Assembly: GCA_963664325.2 (NCBI GenBank)
Contig: CAXXDQ010000004.1
Location: 352,001-416,000, forward strand
DNA from: Desulfomonilia bacterium
Lineage (GTDB): Bacteria > Desulfobacterota > Desulfomonilia > UBA1062
Direction of reading: 5' to 3'
Length of the DNA: 64,000 nucleotides
Position numbers and translations under genes: made by a program. A model generated the notes under the pieces. That model was not told where the DNA came from. It saw only the letters and a program-made list of their open reading frames with translations, and did no database searches. Shown one piece after another: positions 27,342 to 38,231 of this stretch. Position 1 is the stretch's first letter; the number at the start of each line of letters is the position of its first letter.

Positions 27342-29702
27342 ATGGAAAATGAAAAACAGGTAATAGAAATCCCTGGAAATGTGCCGCTGCTGCCGGTCAG
27401 GGATGTGGTCATCTACCCATATATGATACTCCCGCTTTTTGTCGGCCGCGGGCTTTCTATAAAGGCTGTCGATGAAGCCCTTAACAAGGACAGGTTTATT
27501 TTCCTGGTGGCGCAAAAGGATTCTTCCGTGGAAGAACCGGAACCAGAACAGATCTATACCATGGGAACGATTGCCATGGTCATCAGAATGCTCAAGCTTC
27601 CTGACGGCAGGGTGAAGATACTTGTACAGGGGGTAGCTAAGGCACGGATTAAGAATTTTATAAAGGACGAAAGGGGCTTCTATACAGTTGATATTGAAAG
27701 GCTTGAAGAACCTGAGATCAAGGAATTCACAGTTGAAATTGAAGCGCTTATGCGCTCCGTAAAAGAACAATCCGAACGCATTCTGCAGCTTAGAGGCATT
27801 GTTTCACCTGATGCCCTTTCAATACTTGAGGCAATTGATGATCCCGGCAGGCTTGCCGACCTGGTAGCATCAAATCTCAGGCTCAAGGTGGACGAGTCCC
27901 AGAATGTTCTGGAAATTGTCGATTCGATTGAAAGACTTAAACATGTAAACTCTCTTCTCGCCAAGGAGATGGAACTCACGGAGGTCCAAGCCAGGATACA
28001 GAATCAGGCAAAGGATGAAATGAACAAGACGCAGAGGGAATATTTCCTCCGAGAACAAATGCGCCAGATACAGAACGAACTGGGCGAGGTGGATGACAAG
28101 GGCAAAGAGGTGGACGAGTACAAGCTGAAGATAGACAAGGCCAAGATGCCCGAGGAAGTGGGTAAGGAAGCCATCAAGCAGCTCGACAGGCTGAAGATGA
28201 TGCACCATGATTCCGCCGAGGCAAATATTATCAGGACATATCTTGACTGGATGGTGGAACTCCCCTGGTCAATTGCCACCGAGGACAAACTCAATATAAA
28301 GGAAGCGGACAAGGTGTTGGAAGAGGACCACTACGGCCTCGACAAGGTGAAGCTGAGAATCCTCGAGTATCTTGCGGTCAGAAAACTAAACCCTGAAAAG
28401 AAAGGAGCTATCCTTTGTTTCGTTGGTCCCCCGGGTGTCGGCAAAACCTCTCTCGGCCGCTCGATTGCAAGGGCTATAGGTAGAAACTTCTACCGGCTTT
28501 CAATCGGAGGCGTGAGGGACGAGGCGGAAATAAGGGGGCACAGGCGGACTTACATCGGCGCACTGCCGGGCCGAATCATTCAGGGAATCAAACATACCGG
28601 ATCAAACAACCCGGTTTTCATGATCGACGAGGTCGACAAAATCGGCCAGGATTACAGGGGCGATCCGTCTTCGGCTCTGCTGGAAGTACTTGATCCTGAG
28701 CAGAATTTCAGCTTCCAGGACCATTATTTGAATGTACCTTTTGACCTTTCAAAAGTAATGTTCATTACCACGGCAAATCTTATAGACCCTATTCCGGGGC
28801 CTCTTCGTGACCGTATGGAAGTGATAGAGCTGCCCGGATATACCGATCATGAAAAACTTCAGATTGCCAAACGCTATCTTGTCCCGAGACAGATCAAGGA
28901 AAACGGCATGGCCGAAACCGATATCGATTTTTCCGATGATGCGATACTCGATGTGATCAACCATTACACAAAAGAGGCCGGCGTCAGAAACCTTGAACGT
29001 GAAATCGGTTCAATCTGCAGGAAGATTGCCCGTGACATCGCGGAAAAAGAAAACAAGAGGAAAAAGATTTACAGGGTAACCACTAAAAACATACACAATT
29101 ATCTGGGCGTTCAGAAATTCCTTCCCGAGCAGGAACGCACGGAACATGAAGTGGGCGTTTCCACAGGACTAGCCTGGACACAATTTGGCGGCGAAATCCT
29201 TTACATAGAGGTTTCCGTAGTGCAGAGCCAGGATGGCAAGGGCGGCGGGCTTGTCCTTACCGGACATCTCGGCGATGTTATGAAGGAATCCGCTCAGGCG
29301 GGTATATCATATATCCGTTCACGTGCAGATCAGCTTGGGATCTCACCGAGCTTCAACAGGGAAAAGGATGTCCATATACATGTGCCTGCCGGTGGAATTC
29401 CAAAAGACGGACCTTCAGCCGGAATAACAATGGCGGTTGCCACAATCTCCGCGCTCACAAACCGTGCGGTCAGGAAAGACATAGCAATGACCGGAGAGAT
29501 CACCCTCAGGGGAAAGGTTCTCCCAATAGGCGGTTTGAAGGAAAAATCACTGGCTGCTCACCGCAACAAGATATTCGACATTATCATTCCTAAGGATAAT
29601 GAAAAAGACCTTGAAGATATTCCGACCGAGGTCCGCAAGAAAATCAACTTCCACCCGGTCAGCAATATGGATGAGGTACTGGACCTTGTTTTTGTGAAAT
29701 AG
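27342..29702 (+). CDS. lon: ATP-dependent protease La
   Basis: LON N-domain, [28 protein letters not shown]. Confidence 0.98.
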   Translation: MENEKQVIEIPGNVPLLPVRDVVIYPYMILPLFVGRGLSIKAVDEALNKDRFIFLVAQKDSSVEEPEPEQIYTMGTIAMVIRMLKLPDGRVKILVQGVAKARIKNFIKDERGFYTVDIERLEEPEIKEFTVEIEALMRSVKEQSERILQLRGIVSPDALSILEAIDDPGRLADLVASNLRLKVDESQNVLEIVDSIERLKHVNSLLAKEMELTEVQARIQNQAKDEMNKTQREYFLREQMRQIQNELGEVDDKGKEVDEYKLKIDKAKMPEEVGKEAIKQLDRLKMMHHDSAEANIIRTYLDWMVELPWSIATEDKLNIKEADKVLEEDHYGLDKVKLRILEYLAVRKLNPEKKGAILCFVGPPGVGKTSLGRSIARAIGRNFYRLSIGGVRDEAEIRGHRRTYIGALPGRIIQGIKHTGSNNPVFMIDEVDKIGQDYRGDPSSALLEVLDPEQNFSFQDHYLNVPFDLSKVMFITTANLIDPIPGPLRDRMEVIELPGYTDHEKLQIAKRYLVPRQIKENGMAETDIDFSDDAILDVINHYTKEAGVRNLEREIGSICRKIARDIAEKENKRKKIYRVTTKNIHNYLGVQKFLPEQERTEHEVGVSTGLAWTQFGGEILYIEVSVVQSQDGKGGGLVLTGHLGDVMKESAQAGISYIRSRADQLGISPSFNREKDVHIHVPAGGIPKDGPSAGITMAVATISALTNRAVRKDIAMTGEITLRGKVLPIGGLKEKSLAAHRNKIFDIIIPKDNEKDLEDIPTEVRKKINFHPVSNMDEVLDLVFVK

Positions 29703-29715
29703 ATGAAAACCAGGT

Positions 29716-29759
29716 AAAAGGCAGGCGGGTCCGGCACAGCTGTTCCGCCTGCCTTTTTT
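29716..29759 (+). terminator. Intrinsic terminator of lon
   Basis: AAAAGGCAGGCGG / CCGCCTGCCTTTTTT. Confidence 0.8.
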
Positions 29760-29892
29760 GTGCATCAGGCTTTATATACATGAATCAGTTATATTTCATG
29801 GAGAATTAAACTCTTCCGGCGATACATTTAACACGAGATGGCCATCGATTTTCTTAAAATATTTCAGTTTTTCATTCTTGATGCTAAAGACC

Positions 29893-29921
29893 TTGCAAAA
29901 ACTTTTTCCTTTATTTAAGAT
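29893..29921 (+). promoter_or_regulatory. Sigma70 promoter of riboswitch-glyA
   Basis: TTGCAA-N17-TAAGAT directly before the riboswitch. Confidence 0.6.
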
Positions 29922-29925
29922 GCAG

Positions 29926-30000
29926 ATCAGTCAGCAACTGGCGTTCTAGATGGAAATAACCATCGGGAAGCTTCCCTCTTCTGCCGTACGCCTGGGCAGA
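29926..30000 (+). ncRNA. ZMP/ZTP (pfl) riboswitch
   Basis: ACTGGCG, P2 GATGG/CCATC, GGGAAGC and 3' GCCGTACGCCTGGGCA with GGCG/CGCC pseudoknot; upstream of glyA, a typical target. Confidence 0.9.
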
Positions 30001-30028
30001 AGAAATTAAACCAAAAGGGAGGAAACCA

Positions 30029-31366
30029 ATGGTTATTAACAATCAGATTTCATCAATCAAAAATCCTGTCTTCGAAAAAAAGGATGGTTCACAGGAGTAC
30101 CCGGCAAACAGAAACTGGGACCGGCTGAGACAAAATGATCCGGAGGTGTTTCAGGCGATTACCGATGAAGAGTTAAGAGAACGCAGAGGGATTGAATTGA
30201 TCCCGTCTGAAAACTACACTTATCCCGAAGTTCTTGCCTCAAACGGGTCTATCTTTACTAACAAGTATTCAGAAGGTTATCCGGGAAAGCGTTATTATGG
30301 CGGACAGGAATACACCGATAAGATCGAAACGCTGGCAATTGAAAGGGCGAAGAAGCTTTTCAGATGCGAACATGCCAACGTTCAGGCGCTTTCGGGCTCT
30401 CCCATGAATCAGGCCGTATATCTGGCATTCCTGAAGCCCGGAGATACAATTCTCGGAATGGATCTTTCGCACGGCGGACACCTGACGCATGGAGCTCCGG
30501 TGTCTCACATGGGGAAGCTGTTCAATTTTGTCAGATACAAGACCGATCCTGAGAATTCAGGAATGATTGATTTCGATGCCCTGAGAAAGACGGCCCGTGA
30601 GACAAAACCAAAAATCGTACTCTGCGGGTATACCTCCTATCCCAGGGATTACAACTATGAGGATTTCAAAAAGGTGGCGGATGAAATAGGGGCCATCACC
30701 ATGGCCGACATCTCTCACATAGGAGGGCTGGTAGCGGGTGGGGTAATGAAGAACCCGTTCGATGCGGGTTTCGACATAGTCACAATGACTACTCACAAAA
30801 GCCTCCGCGGACCAAGAGGCGCGCTGATCATGTGCAACTCCGGATACGCCAATGCAATCGACAAATCCGTATTTCCGGGCCTGCAGGGCGGGCCGCATAT
30901 GCACACGATAGCAGGGATAGCGGTGACGCTCGGTAAAGCACTGAAGCCGGAGTTCCATGAATACGCTTCCCAGATTTTGGTTAATTCCAGAACTCTTGCA
31001 TCGGCCTTGATGAAGAACTGCGTCAAGCTCGTCACGAACGGCACTGACAATCATATGATGGTCATAGATACGGTAAAAAGTTTCGGGATCGACGGCAAGG
31101 ATGCCGAGCGGATACTCGACAGGGTTTCAATAACCACCAACAAACAGGTAATCCCTGACGACCAAAATCCGCCCTTGAGGCCCAGCGGTATCCGCTTGGG
31201 CACACCTGCTGCCACTACACGCGGGATGAAAGAACCCGAAATGATTAGAATTGCAGACTGGATCAGCCATGTTCTTGGGAATTTTCAGGATGAAAGCTTG
31301 ATCATAAACGCAAAGAAAGAAGTTGAGGAATTTTGCATGAATTTCCCTGTTCCGGGAGTGTCATGA
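30029..31366 (+). CDS. glyA: Serine hydroxymethyltransferase
   Basis: ELIPSEN, NKYSEGYPGKRYYGG, TTHKSLRGPRG (PLP Lys). Confidence 0.98.
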   Translation: MVINNQISSIKNPVFEKKDGSQEYPANRNWDRLRQNDPEVFQAITDEELRERRGIELIPSENYTYPEVLASNGSIFTNKYSEGYPGKRYYGGQEYTDKIETLAIERAKKLFRCEHANVQALSGSPMNQAVYLAFLKPGDTILGMDLSHGGHLTHGAPVSHMGKLFNFVRYKTDPENSGMIDFDALRKTARETKPKIVLCGYTSYPRDYNYEDFKKVADEIGAITMADISHIGGLVAGGVMKNPFDAGFDIVTMTTHKSLRGPRGALIMCNSGYANAIDKSVFPGLQGGPHMHTIAGIAVTLGKALKPEFHEYASQILVNSRTLASALMKNCVKLVTNGTDNHMMVIDTVKSFGIDGKDAERILDRVSITTNKQVIPDDQNPPLRPSGIRLGTPAATTRGMKEPEMIRIADWISHVLGNFQDESLIINAKKEVEEFCMNFPVPGVS

Positions 31367-31396
31367 TTTTATCTGCAAGATAAATTAATAGTTCTG

Positions 31397-31433
31397 GATA
31401 TTTTCAATAACTCCCTGTTGAAAATATCTTTTC
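31397..31433. terminator. Inverted repeat/terminator between glyA and the convergent kinase gene
   Basis: GATATTTTCAA / TTGAAAATATC followed by TTTT. Confidence 0.55.
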
Positions 31434-31489
31434 TTCGAGTTTCATATTTGTAAGATCTAATCGCAGTCAATGCACCTTATGGTCTGTTT

Positions 31490-33049
31490 TCAATCCACAG
31501 GCGGATAGCCTGTGATTACTGCTATTTTATGGTAAAGAGGCTCGAGCAAAGGATACGTCTTGCTGTATACTTCCCGGTAGAGATCCTCATATACACGGTT
31601 GTTTGCCGCTATGGGCTCGAAAGAGCGGCCCTTTTTCACCATGGATGCCACGGCATCCCCGAAAGAAGAGAACATTCCGCATCCTACAGCGGCGTCTATT
31701 GCCGCTCCCAGCGTACATATCTCGGAGGTGGCCATACGCGAGACCGGCAGATTGAAGATGTCCGCCGCGATCTGAACGGCCGTGTCACTGCGCGATCCTC
31801 CGCCGCCAACGCGTATCTCATTGAGCGTAATCCCGGTCTTTTTGTTCAGTATGTCGTACAGCCTCTTGAGTTCATAGCCTATACCCTCTAGTATGGCACG
31901 GTATATATGAGCGCGCGTATGTACATCGCCGAAGCCTATGATGGAACCCTTTCCGTATTTCGAGCTGGTCATGGGCGTCCAGTGGGGCTGCAGCATGAGT
32001 CCCATGGAGCCCGCCGGGATGGCGCTTATCGCCTCGTCCAGGACCACTTCGGGGGCCACGCCCCGTTTGTTCGCTTCAAGAGATTCTCTATAGGCGAACT
32101 CCTGCTTGAACCAAGTGACCATCCAGAAACCGCGGTATATGAACATTTCCAAATCCCACATATTGGGGACGGCGGCGGGCCAGGTAAAATAATCCATTAT
32201 CTTGTCCTGGGAATATTTCCCTACCATTACCTCCATGCAGGTGGCAGTGCCGTAGCTGATAACCCCTATGTCGGGAGTTATGCTGCCCGCACCAAGGGCT
32301 TCGGACTGTTTGTCTCCCGCACCCACGATGACGGGAAGTCCCTCCGGAAGGCCTGTCTCCCTTGAAGCGGCGGCCGTGATATGGCCCAGGATTGTATCCG
32401 GCGGGAATACATCCACCATATGCTCTTTCTCGAGGCCGAAAGCCTCGTAGATTACCCCCATGGTATGCCATGAAAGCTTCTTGTAATCCAAAGGCCACAG
32501 GCCGGTTATCATGCCCACCGAATCCTTGAACTCGCCGGTGAGCTTTTTCACCAGCCATCCTGATATGGCCAAGAACTTATAGGTCTTTTTGTAAATCTCC
32601 GGTTCGTTGAGTTTTATCCACAGGAATTTGGAATTCTTGCGCACGTATTTAATGAGCTCGGAAAGCCCGGCTATGCCGAATAAGGTTCTGGCCGTCATTG
32701 AGAGCTGGGGCTGATTCTCAACCACGCGCTGGTCGAGCCATATTATTGCGGGGCGAAGGGCGTTGCCTTCCTTGTCGACAGGGACGCATGTCGTCCTTTG
32801 CGTGGTTATCCCCAGGCCTGCAATCGCTTTGGGATCTATCTTTGAGTTCTCCATGACAGCCCTTGTCACCTTGCACAGGCATGACCAGTAGTCTTCGGTG
32901 CGCTGTTCGGCCCATCCCGGATTGAGAGAAAAATAGGGTTCGTGCTGAGTCTGCGCCAAGGCAACTTCTTTACCGGTATGATCGAAAATTATCGCTCGAA
33001 CGCTCTGCGTACCCGAATCTACGGCAATAACATATTCCTTACCGGCCAT
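31490..33049 (-). CDS. FGGY-family carbohydrate kinase
   Basis: AVDSGTQSVR, GWAEQ, IWLDQR, GAGDKQ, VGGGGSRS. Confidence 0.93.
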   Translation of the reverse strand: MAGKEYVIAVDSGTQSVRAIIFDHTGKEVALAQTQHEPYFSLNPGWAEQRTEDYWSCLCKVTRAVMENSKIDPKAIAGLGITTQRTTCVPVDKEGNALRPAIIWLDQRVVENQPQLSMTARTLFGIAGLSELIKYVRKNSKFLWIKLNEPEIYKKTYKFLAISGWLVKKLTGEFKDSVGMITGLWPLDYKKLSWHTMGVIYEAFGLEKEHMVDVFPPDTILGHITAAASRETGLPEGLPVIVGAGDKQSEALGAGSITPDIGVISYGTATCMEVMVGKYSQDKIMDYFTWPAAVPNMWDLEMFIYRGFWMVTWFKQEFAYRESLEANKRGVAPEVVLDEAISAIPAGSMGLMLQPHWTPMTSSKYGKGSIIGFGDVHTRAHIYRAILEGIGYELKRLYDILNKKTGITLNEIRVGGGGSRSDTAVQIAADIFNLPVSRMATSEICTLGAAIDAAVGCGMFSSFGDAVASMVKKGRSFEPIAANNRVYEDLYREVYSKTYPLLEPLYHKIAVITGYPPVD

Positions 33050-33094
33050 ATAACCCTCCTCTCTTTTATTCGTTATAACTTTACATTAATTAGC

Positions 33095-34468
33095 TTACAT
33101 CTCTGGTTTCCATTTCGCATCACGGGCGATGTAATAGTCAAAAAACTTCTTTCTCTGCTCCCGGGCTTTTTCTATCATCTCTTTTTCGCTCATGTGGCCG
33201 GAGCTTATCAGCATGTCTTCGAGCTTTACAAGCGCCTGTTCGTATGGAGGGCAGCCGCCCAGAAATCTGTCGATACCTTTAAGCTGCATCTCGTTGCGCA
33301 TGTCCCGCAGGTCTCCTGCAGTGGCCAGTGCGCATTCGCCCAGGAAATATGTGTGCTCGAGGTCGGTGGCAAGTTCGCGCGGGACCTTGGGATCAACACC
33401 TACTATTATGGAGAATTTTTCAGGCACGCGGGAGAGCAGGCTTTCCACCATCATAGTCATGAGCCAGCATGAGGAACACGCACCTCCTATATAAAGGTCG
33501 ATGTTTGGGTAAAGTCCGGTAACAAGGCTTTCCAGCGGCTGTGTAAAATTTATGGGGAGAACGAACTTTTTCTTTACGCTCTCCACTCTTTCTCCCAAAA
33601 CTTCTATTAGGAAAGGATTCGCACATCCCAAACCGTCATGTTGAGCGATACGAGTGGTGCCTACTACAAACGGATTCTCTATCCCCATGCACATCGAGGC
33701 GACCGAATCCACTGCGACTGGATCATGCCCGGCCATGATGATGCCCATATCGATCGGGGTTCCGCCTTCGCCGGCTCCCATTCCCTCCATTGCGATCAGG
33801 CCGTCCAGTATTACCAGGTCGGGCAGGCGGATCTTGTTGATATCGACCATGTGCTGGTCCAGGTCGTCGCGATGAGAATAATACCGGCTCTTTTCATCCA
33901 GGAGCCCCTGGAGGTTTTTAAGTGAAAGCGTCACCATGGTCATAGTGTGCGTTTTGAGCGCAGGCATATTGATGAAATAGTCGGCCTCCAGCACAACCTT
34001 GGGAAACAGCGCGTGGTGAAGAGCCCTGCCTCCTTTAATTTCAACCGGTACTTTCTCCGCTTCCTCTACACCCAGGACCTCGCCTCCTGCATCCTCAACC
34101 GCCTTCTTCACGCCGAGCATCTGCATCACTTCGAGTGTTCTGTACCCGCGTCTCATACAAATGCCTGAATGAGCCGGATTGACGCGCTTCATCAGCGTGC
34201 CCATGCTCACGCCTTCGATCACTGTCACCCTGCCGGCTCCGGCCTCGCGGGCAATCGATACGGCTGAGGCGATAACCCGGCGGTCAACAGATATGGGGGG
34301 CGGATAGGGCGCAAAGAGGTTCGGCTTGATCACAACATGGCCGCCTTTCTTGATCTTTCCTGAAAGCCCTCCGATGAGGTCAATGGCCTTGCGCACCATG
34401 GCGTCTATGCCGTCGGCATCAACCGGCATTTCCTTTTTCACAATAGACACTTTTGATTTCTCACTCAT
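33095..34468 (-). CDS. DUF362 iron-sulfur protein
   Basis: VVIKPNL, MPALKTH, LSLKNLQG, DPVAVDSV, C-terminal CSSC, GEC, GCPP. Confidence 0.85.
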   Translation of the reverse strand: MSEKSKVSIVKKEMPVDADGIDAMVRKAIDLIGGLSGKIKKGGHVVIKPNLFAPYPPPISVDRRVIASAVSIAREAGAGRVTVIEGVSMGTLMKRVNPAHSGICMRRGYRTLEVMQMLGVKKAVEDAGGEVLGVEEAEKVPVEIKGGRALHHALFPKVVLEADYFINMPALKTHTMTMVTLSLKNLQGLLDEKSRYYSHRDDLDQHMVDINKIRLPDLVILDGLIAMEGMGAGEGGTPIDMGIIMAGHDPVAVDSVASMCMGIENPFVVGTTRIAQHDGLGCANPFLIEVLGERVESVKKKFVLPINFTQPLESLVTGLYPNIDLYIGGACSSCWLMTMMVESLLSRVPEKFSIIVGVDPKVPRELATDLEHTYFLGECALATAGDLRDMRNEMQLKGIDRFLGGCPPYEQALVKLEDMLISSGHMSEKEMIEKAREQRKKFFDYYIARDAKWKPEM

Positions 34469-34514
34469 TTATCACCCTCCGTTCATAAGACCGGATCAAA
34501 CAACCTGCCGGCTT

Positions 34515-35348
34515 TCATCGATTATTGTTCATCAGAGTATCGGCCAGTTCAGCAAAACCCAACCCGCCCTCTCCTGACGTCACGTATGAAGGCATATGCT
34601 TAAGAACAGGTAAAAATCTTTCGATATTGGCCACTCCTACGGAAAGAGGAAAGGCATCGAACATCGGTTCATCGTTGGGAGAATCCCCCGCGAAAACAAA
34701 GGTATTACGAGCCTCCTCCCAGGAAAGGCCTAACCTTTCCTCAATAAAAAGCTTCGTGGATGTAAGCTTGTTGTATTCTCCGAACCATCCATTGACATGA
34801 ATGGAACTGACCTTGCAGACTGCTCCATTTTCATTAAAAACTGAACAAATATCCCTGATTTCCTTATCAGACAGACGCGGCATGTCCTCTGCAAAATCTA
34901 TGGCCAGATCAAATAGTCTGAAAGGCTGGTCGGCGGCAACGGCTGCACGCGGAACTTTTTTCAGGACTTCAAGGCGGATGTTTTCCATCTGCATCCTTTT
35001 TTCATAAGCCACAGCAGGATTGAAAATATAACGCCTGATGAGTTTATGCTCTGTGTTCGAATAGTAATAATAAAAGGCGCCGTTTTCCCCTATTATCCCA
35101 TCAACCGGCCACATTCTTGCAATATGGTCGCACCAACCGGCAGGTCTTCCTGTTATCGGAACCAGTATGAACCCTTTGTCGTGAAGCCTCCACAACGCGG
35201 TAAAAGCCTCTTTGGGAATCTGTCCGTCAAGCGTAAATGTGTCATCGATATCGAACATGACACCCTTTATCGATTTGCGATCTTTTTCCGGAAGTTCTCT
35301 AATAGGTTTCATGGTTTTTTCGTCCCGCTGCAATAGATTTTTAGCCAA
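34515..35348 (-). CDS. HAD-IIB family hydrolase
   Basis: FDIDDT, ITGRPAGW, GENG, GDSPNDEPMF; TTG start with AAGGAG. Confidence 0.88.
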   Translation of the reverse strand: MAKNLLQRDEKTMKPIRELPEKDRKSIKGVMFDIDDTFTLDGQIPKEAFTALWRLHDKGFILVPITGRPAGWCDHIARMWPVDGIIGENGAFYYYYSNTEHKLIRRYIFNPAVAYEKRMQMENIRLEVLKKVPRAAVAADQPFRLFDLAIDFAEDMPRLSDKEIRDICSVFNENGAVCKVSSIHVNGWFGEYNKLTSTKLFIEERLGLSWEEARNTFVFAGDSPNDEPMFDAFPLSVGVANIERFLPVLKHMPSYVTSGEGGLGFAELADTLMNNNR

Positions 35349-35398
35349 GAGCTTCTCCTTAGGGATTTTCCTCCGACTCGATATTTATGGAATATGTT

Positions 35399-36217
35399 TT
35401 ATTGCTGTTCCTGCATGATCTGACCGAGCACGTCCCTGAATATAGATGCTATTTGAGGACCTGCCTTCTTTGCCATTGAGACTATATATTCCAGAGATGC
35501 GCCTTTATAGTCTTCAGGATCATTGACATTCGTTATTGCAGATATCCCCAGTACATCCAGTCCGCAATGGACAGCTTCAATAACTTCCATGACAGTTGAC
35601 ATACCGACTGCGTCTGCACCCAGTTTTTGAATCATACGTGTTTCAGCGGCAGTTTCCATTGAAGGGCCGAGGAGCTGGAGATAGATTCCCTCGTGCAATT
35701 TTATTCCGAGTTTTTTTGCGGAAATTCGCGCTTCATTCATAAGCTGGGGAGCATAGGGTCTGTTCATCTCGGGAAACCTCGGGCCAATTTCGTCATTATT
35801 GGGTCCGACAAGAGGATTCCTGCCAGTGAAATTTATATGATCCTTTATCATCATAACCGAACCCGGAGAAAGATCCGGCCTAAGGCCGCCCGCAGCATTG
35901 GAAACAAAAATCCTTTTTATGCCCATGAGCTTGAAAACACGTATAGGGAAAGTCACTTCAAGCGGCGTATACCCTTCAAAGAGATGGAACCTCCCGCTCA
36001 TTGCAACTACCGGCACATAGCCAAGCCTTCCGAATATCAGCCTGCCGGAATGATAAGGAGATGTGGATTTGGGGAACCCGGGAATATTTTTATAATCAAG
36101 GCTTTTGTCAATTGTTATGGCCTCTTCCATTACTCCAAGTCCGGTTCCGAGAATCATGGCTGTTTCCGGCCTTGAGTTGTCTGATAAAAAGGCCGCAGCC
36201 TTTTTTTCAGCCTCCAT
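35399..36217 (-). CDS. punA: Purine nucleoside phosphorylase, trimeric PNP-I family
   Basis: ILGTGLG, GRFHLFEG, NAAGG, ETAAE, VGMSTV. Confidence 0.9.
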   Translation of the reverse strand: MEAEKKAAAFLSDNSRPETAMILGTGLGVMEEAITIDKSLDYKNIPGFPKSTSPYHSGRLIFGRLGYVPVVAMSGRFHLFEGYTPLEVTFPIRVFKLMGIKRIFVSNAAGGLRPDLSPGSVMMIKDHINFTGRNPLVGPNNDEIGPRFPEMNRPYAPQLMNEARISAKKLGIKLHEGIYLQLLGPSMETAAETRMIQKLGADAVGMSTVMEVIEAVHCGLDVLGISAITNVNDPEDYKGASLEYIVSMAKKAGPQIASIFRDVLGQIMQEQQ

Positions 36218-36401
36218 TTGCAGGTCTCCTGAGTGTAAGGTCTATGGCCTCGTCTATAAGCATGACCGGAATTTCATCTTCTATCTTGTATTTCAGCATA
36301 CAGGCATTGCATATCAATCCTGATTGATCGTTTTCAAGGACCAGCTTACCTTTGCACTTCGGACATGCAAGTATGTCTAGCAGTTCTTTGTCGACTGGCA
36401 T
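36207..36401 (-). CDS. Trm112-family protein (YcaR)
   Basis: LLDILACPKCKGKL...YKIEDEIPVMLIDEA. Confidence 0.92.
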   Translation of the reverse strand: MPVDKELLDILACPKCKGKLVLENDQSGLICNACMLKYKIEDEIPVMLIDEAIDLTLRRPANGG

Positions 36402-36423
36402 GATTTTCCTCCTTAGCCTTTCT

Positions 36424-36560
36424 TCCAATTGCTATCAGGCATTCTCTTACCAGTTTTGCAGCGACAACGGAAGAGGTTCCGATTACATCTATCATAAGCT
36501 GGGCAAGTTCAAGTATATGAATTCCTGAAATCTCGAGGGCTTTTATCAACGGTATCAGGG
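36424..36560 (-). pseudogene. 3' remnant of an agmatinase/ureohydrolase gene
   Basis: ISGIHILELAQLMIDVIGTSSVVAAKLVRECL resembles the agmatinase C-terminus; no N-terminal part upstream. Confidence 0.5.
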
Positions 36561-36715
36561 GGTCGGTTATTGAACAAAGTGTCGATCTGAGCCATCAGAA
36601 TACTATTGTGGAAATTTTATCTCATAAAAATTCAAATTAGAAATGAATTATCTGGAAAAGAGGCAATAAATTTCTTATTATTGAAGCTGGAATTAATAAT
36701 TTCAAATGGTTATAA

Positions 36716-36732
36716 CAGGCATGTACATTGCT
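36716..36732 (+). promoter_or_regulatory. Sigma54 (-24/-12) promoter
   Basis: CAGGCATGTACATTGCT = GG-N10-GC with TTGCT, in an AT-rich region 67 nt before the lipoprotein ATG. Confidence 0.6.
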
Positions 36733-36799
36733 TATTTATTTTATGAATAAAACACTTTATTGCTAAGAGACTGTATAGAAAGTCCAGAAGGAGTTTAAA

Positions 36800-38206
36800 A
36801 TGAAACCAGTGAAACTGATTCACATTATTTTAATAATTTTCATGCTATTCCTTTACGCCTGTGGCGGTGGCGGAGGAGGCGGTGGTGGAGGGAGTGACAC
36901 CCCCCCCGGCGGTGGTGAAGTTAAGAAACAGTATTCACTTACTGTTACCCACGAAGGCGAAGGAAGTGTATCGGTATCCCCATATTCCCAGGGTTTAGTG
37001 TACGATGAAGGAACAACGGTTTCGCTTGAAGCTGCAGCATCTTCTTCCGAATGGTCTTTTGACCACTGGGAAGGGACTATTGAGTCTACAGACTCAAATA
37101 TTGATATATCCATGAATCAGAATTATTCATTGAAAGCGGTTTTTATAAAAGTTGCGCAATCCCTTACAAGAGAACAGATTGAGAATGCACTCTATGCGGT
37201 TTATGGAGGGATCGGTTATAATGACAGGGAGGATACGAATGACGATGCGCTAATGTACAAGCTGATGGTGGATAACCTAAACTCGATAGGAATTGAGCTG
37301 ATTACGACCACAATTTCCGGTGATCCAAATTTTGCAACTAAACTACTGAGTTTATTACTCTTCCCCAGCGTCACCTTTACCTCAACTACATCAGGTTATA
37401 CATCTTCTATTACAATTAACAGAGAACCATTAAATAGTGGATACTATCCATTTAACGCCACTCTGTCGGTAGCATTCAATAGTAACGGTTATTCCTATGG
37501 ATCAGGTGCGGGAATGATTTATGGCACTGGTCAAGTTTCTGATTTTACAGCAACCTTTACTGGTGATTTTAAATACACGAATGATAGCCTGACCTTAATT
37601 ATCAGATCAGTCAGAGTAACTGCCGGGAATGGCCTCGAAACAATTGAAGGCGGTGTAACAACTTCTTATAATAATTGGGAGCTGGCCTATGACATTAACT
37701 ATGGTTCGGATGATCCGATGGGCGGTTCTGGAACACCTACAAACCTGGCCCTTATTGTCTCTTTTAATACGATCTCAGGCGACAAGACTTATGCCGACTT
37801 CAGGGATTATAAAGTGGGGGGCTCATTCACGACCAACGACAAGGAGTTTACCTTTGCCGATGGTTTCAGGTATAAACAGGAGCAGTATAATTATATAAGA
37901 AACAATACAACTGTCACATATGTCATAATGAGTGCAAACGGCTGGGTAAGCGTTCCAGGCCTGGAGGGTAACATTTCAGTTTCTTCTTCGATTGACAAAA
38001 TCAACCCGGATACATCTGGCACAATTATAACACATGTTTTTGAAAACAATGCTTGGTCAAGTAACTGGCTGTCAGGAAACCTTTCATTCGCAACCTCAGA
38101 AGGGACTGCTTCCGCAGTTTTTGATGATGGTTCTGTAGCATTTACAAGCGGTGCCGATTCATGGGTAGTCCCTGACTGGCAAACCGCTCTTAATCCGTTG
38201 GAATAA
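36800..38206 (+). CDS. Surface lipoprotein with poly-Gly linker and divergent InlB-B-repeat-like domain
   Basis: LYAC-G11; YSLTV..EGEGSV..P...Y.EGT.V.L.A....W.FDHW.G; Thr/Ser/Gly-rich C-terminal region. Confidence 0.75.
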   Translation: MKPVKLIHIILIIFMLFLYACGGGGGGGGGGSDTPPGGGEVKKQYSLTVTHEGEGSVSVSPYSQGLVYDEGTTVSLEAAASSSEWSFDHWEGTIESTDSNIDISMNQNYSLKAVFIKVAQSLTREQIENALYAVYGGIGYNDREDTNDDALMYKLMVDNLNSIGIELITTTISGDPNFATKLLSLLLFPSVTFTSTTSGYTSSITINREPLNSGYYPFNATLSVAFNSNGYSYGSGAGMIYGTGQVSDFTATFTGDFKYTNDSLTLIIRSVRVTAGNGLETIEGGVTTSYNNWELAYDINYGSDDPMGGSGTPTNLALIVSFNTISGDKTYADFRDYKVGGSFTTNDKEFTFADGFRYKQEQYNYIRNNTTVTYVIMSANGWVSVPGLEGNISVSSSIDKINPDTSGTIITHVFENNAWSSNWLSGNLSFATSEGTASAVFDDGSVAFTSGADSWVVPDWQTALNPLE

Positions 38207-38231
38207 TTATACCAGAACATAATCATAACCC

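Noticed and set aside
36862-36915. GGN-rich tract and C8 run as phase-variable repeats
   Set aside because: Mixed Gly codons encode an ordinary flexible linker; frame is intact
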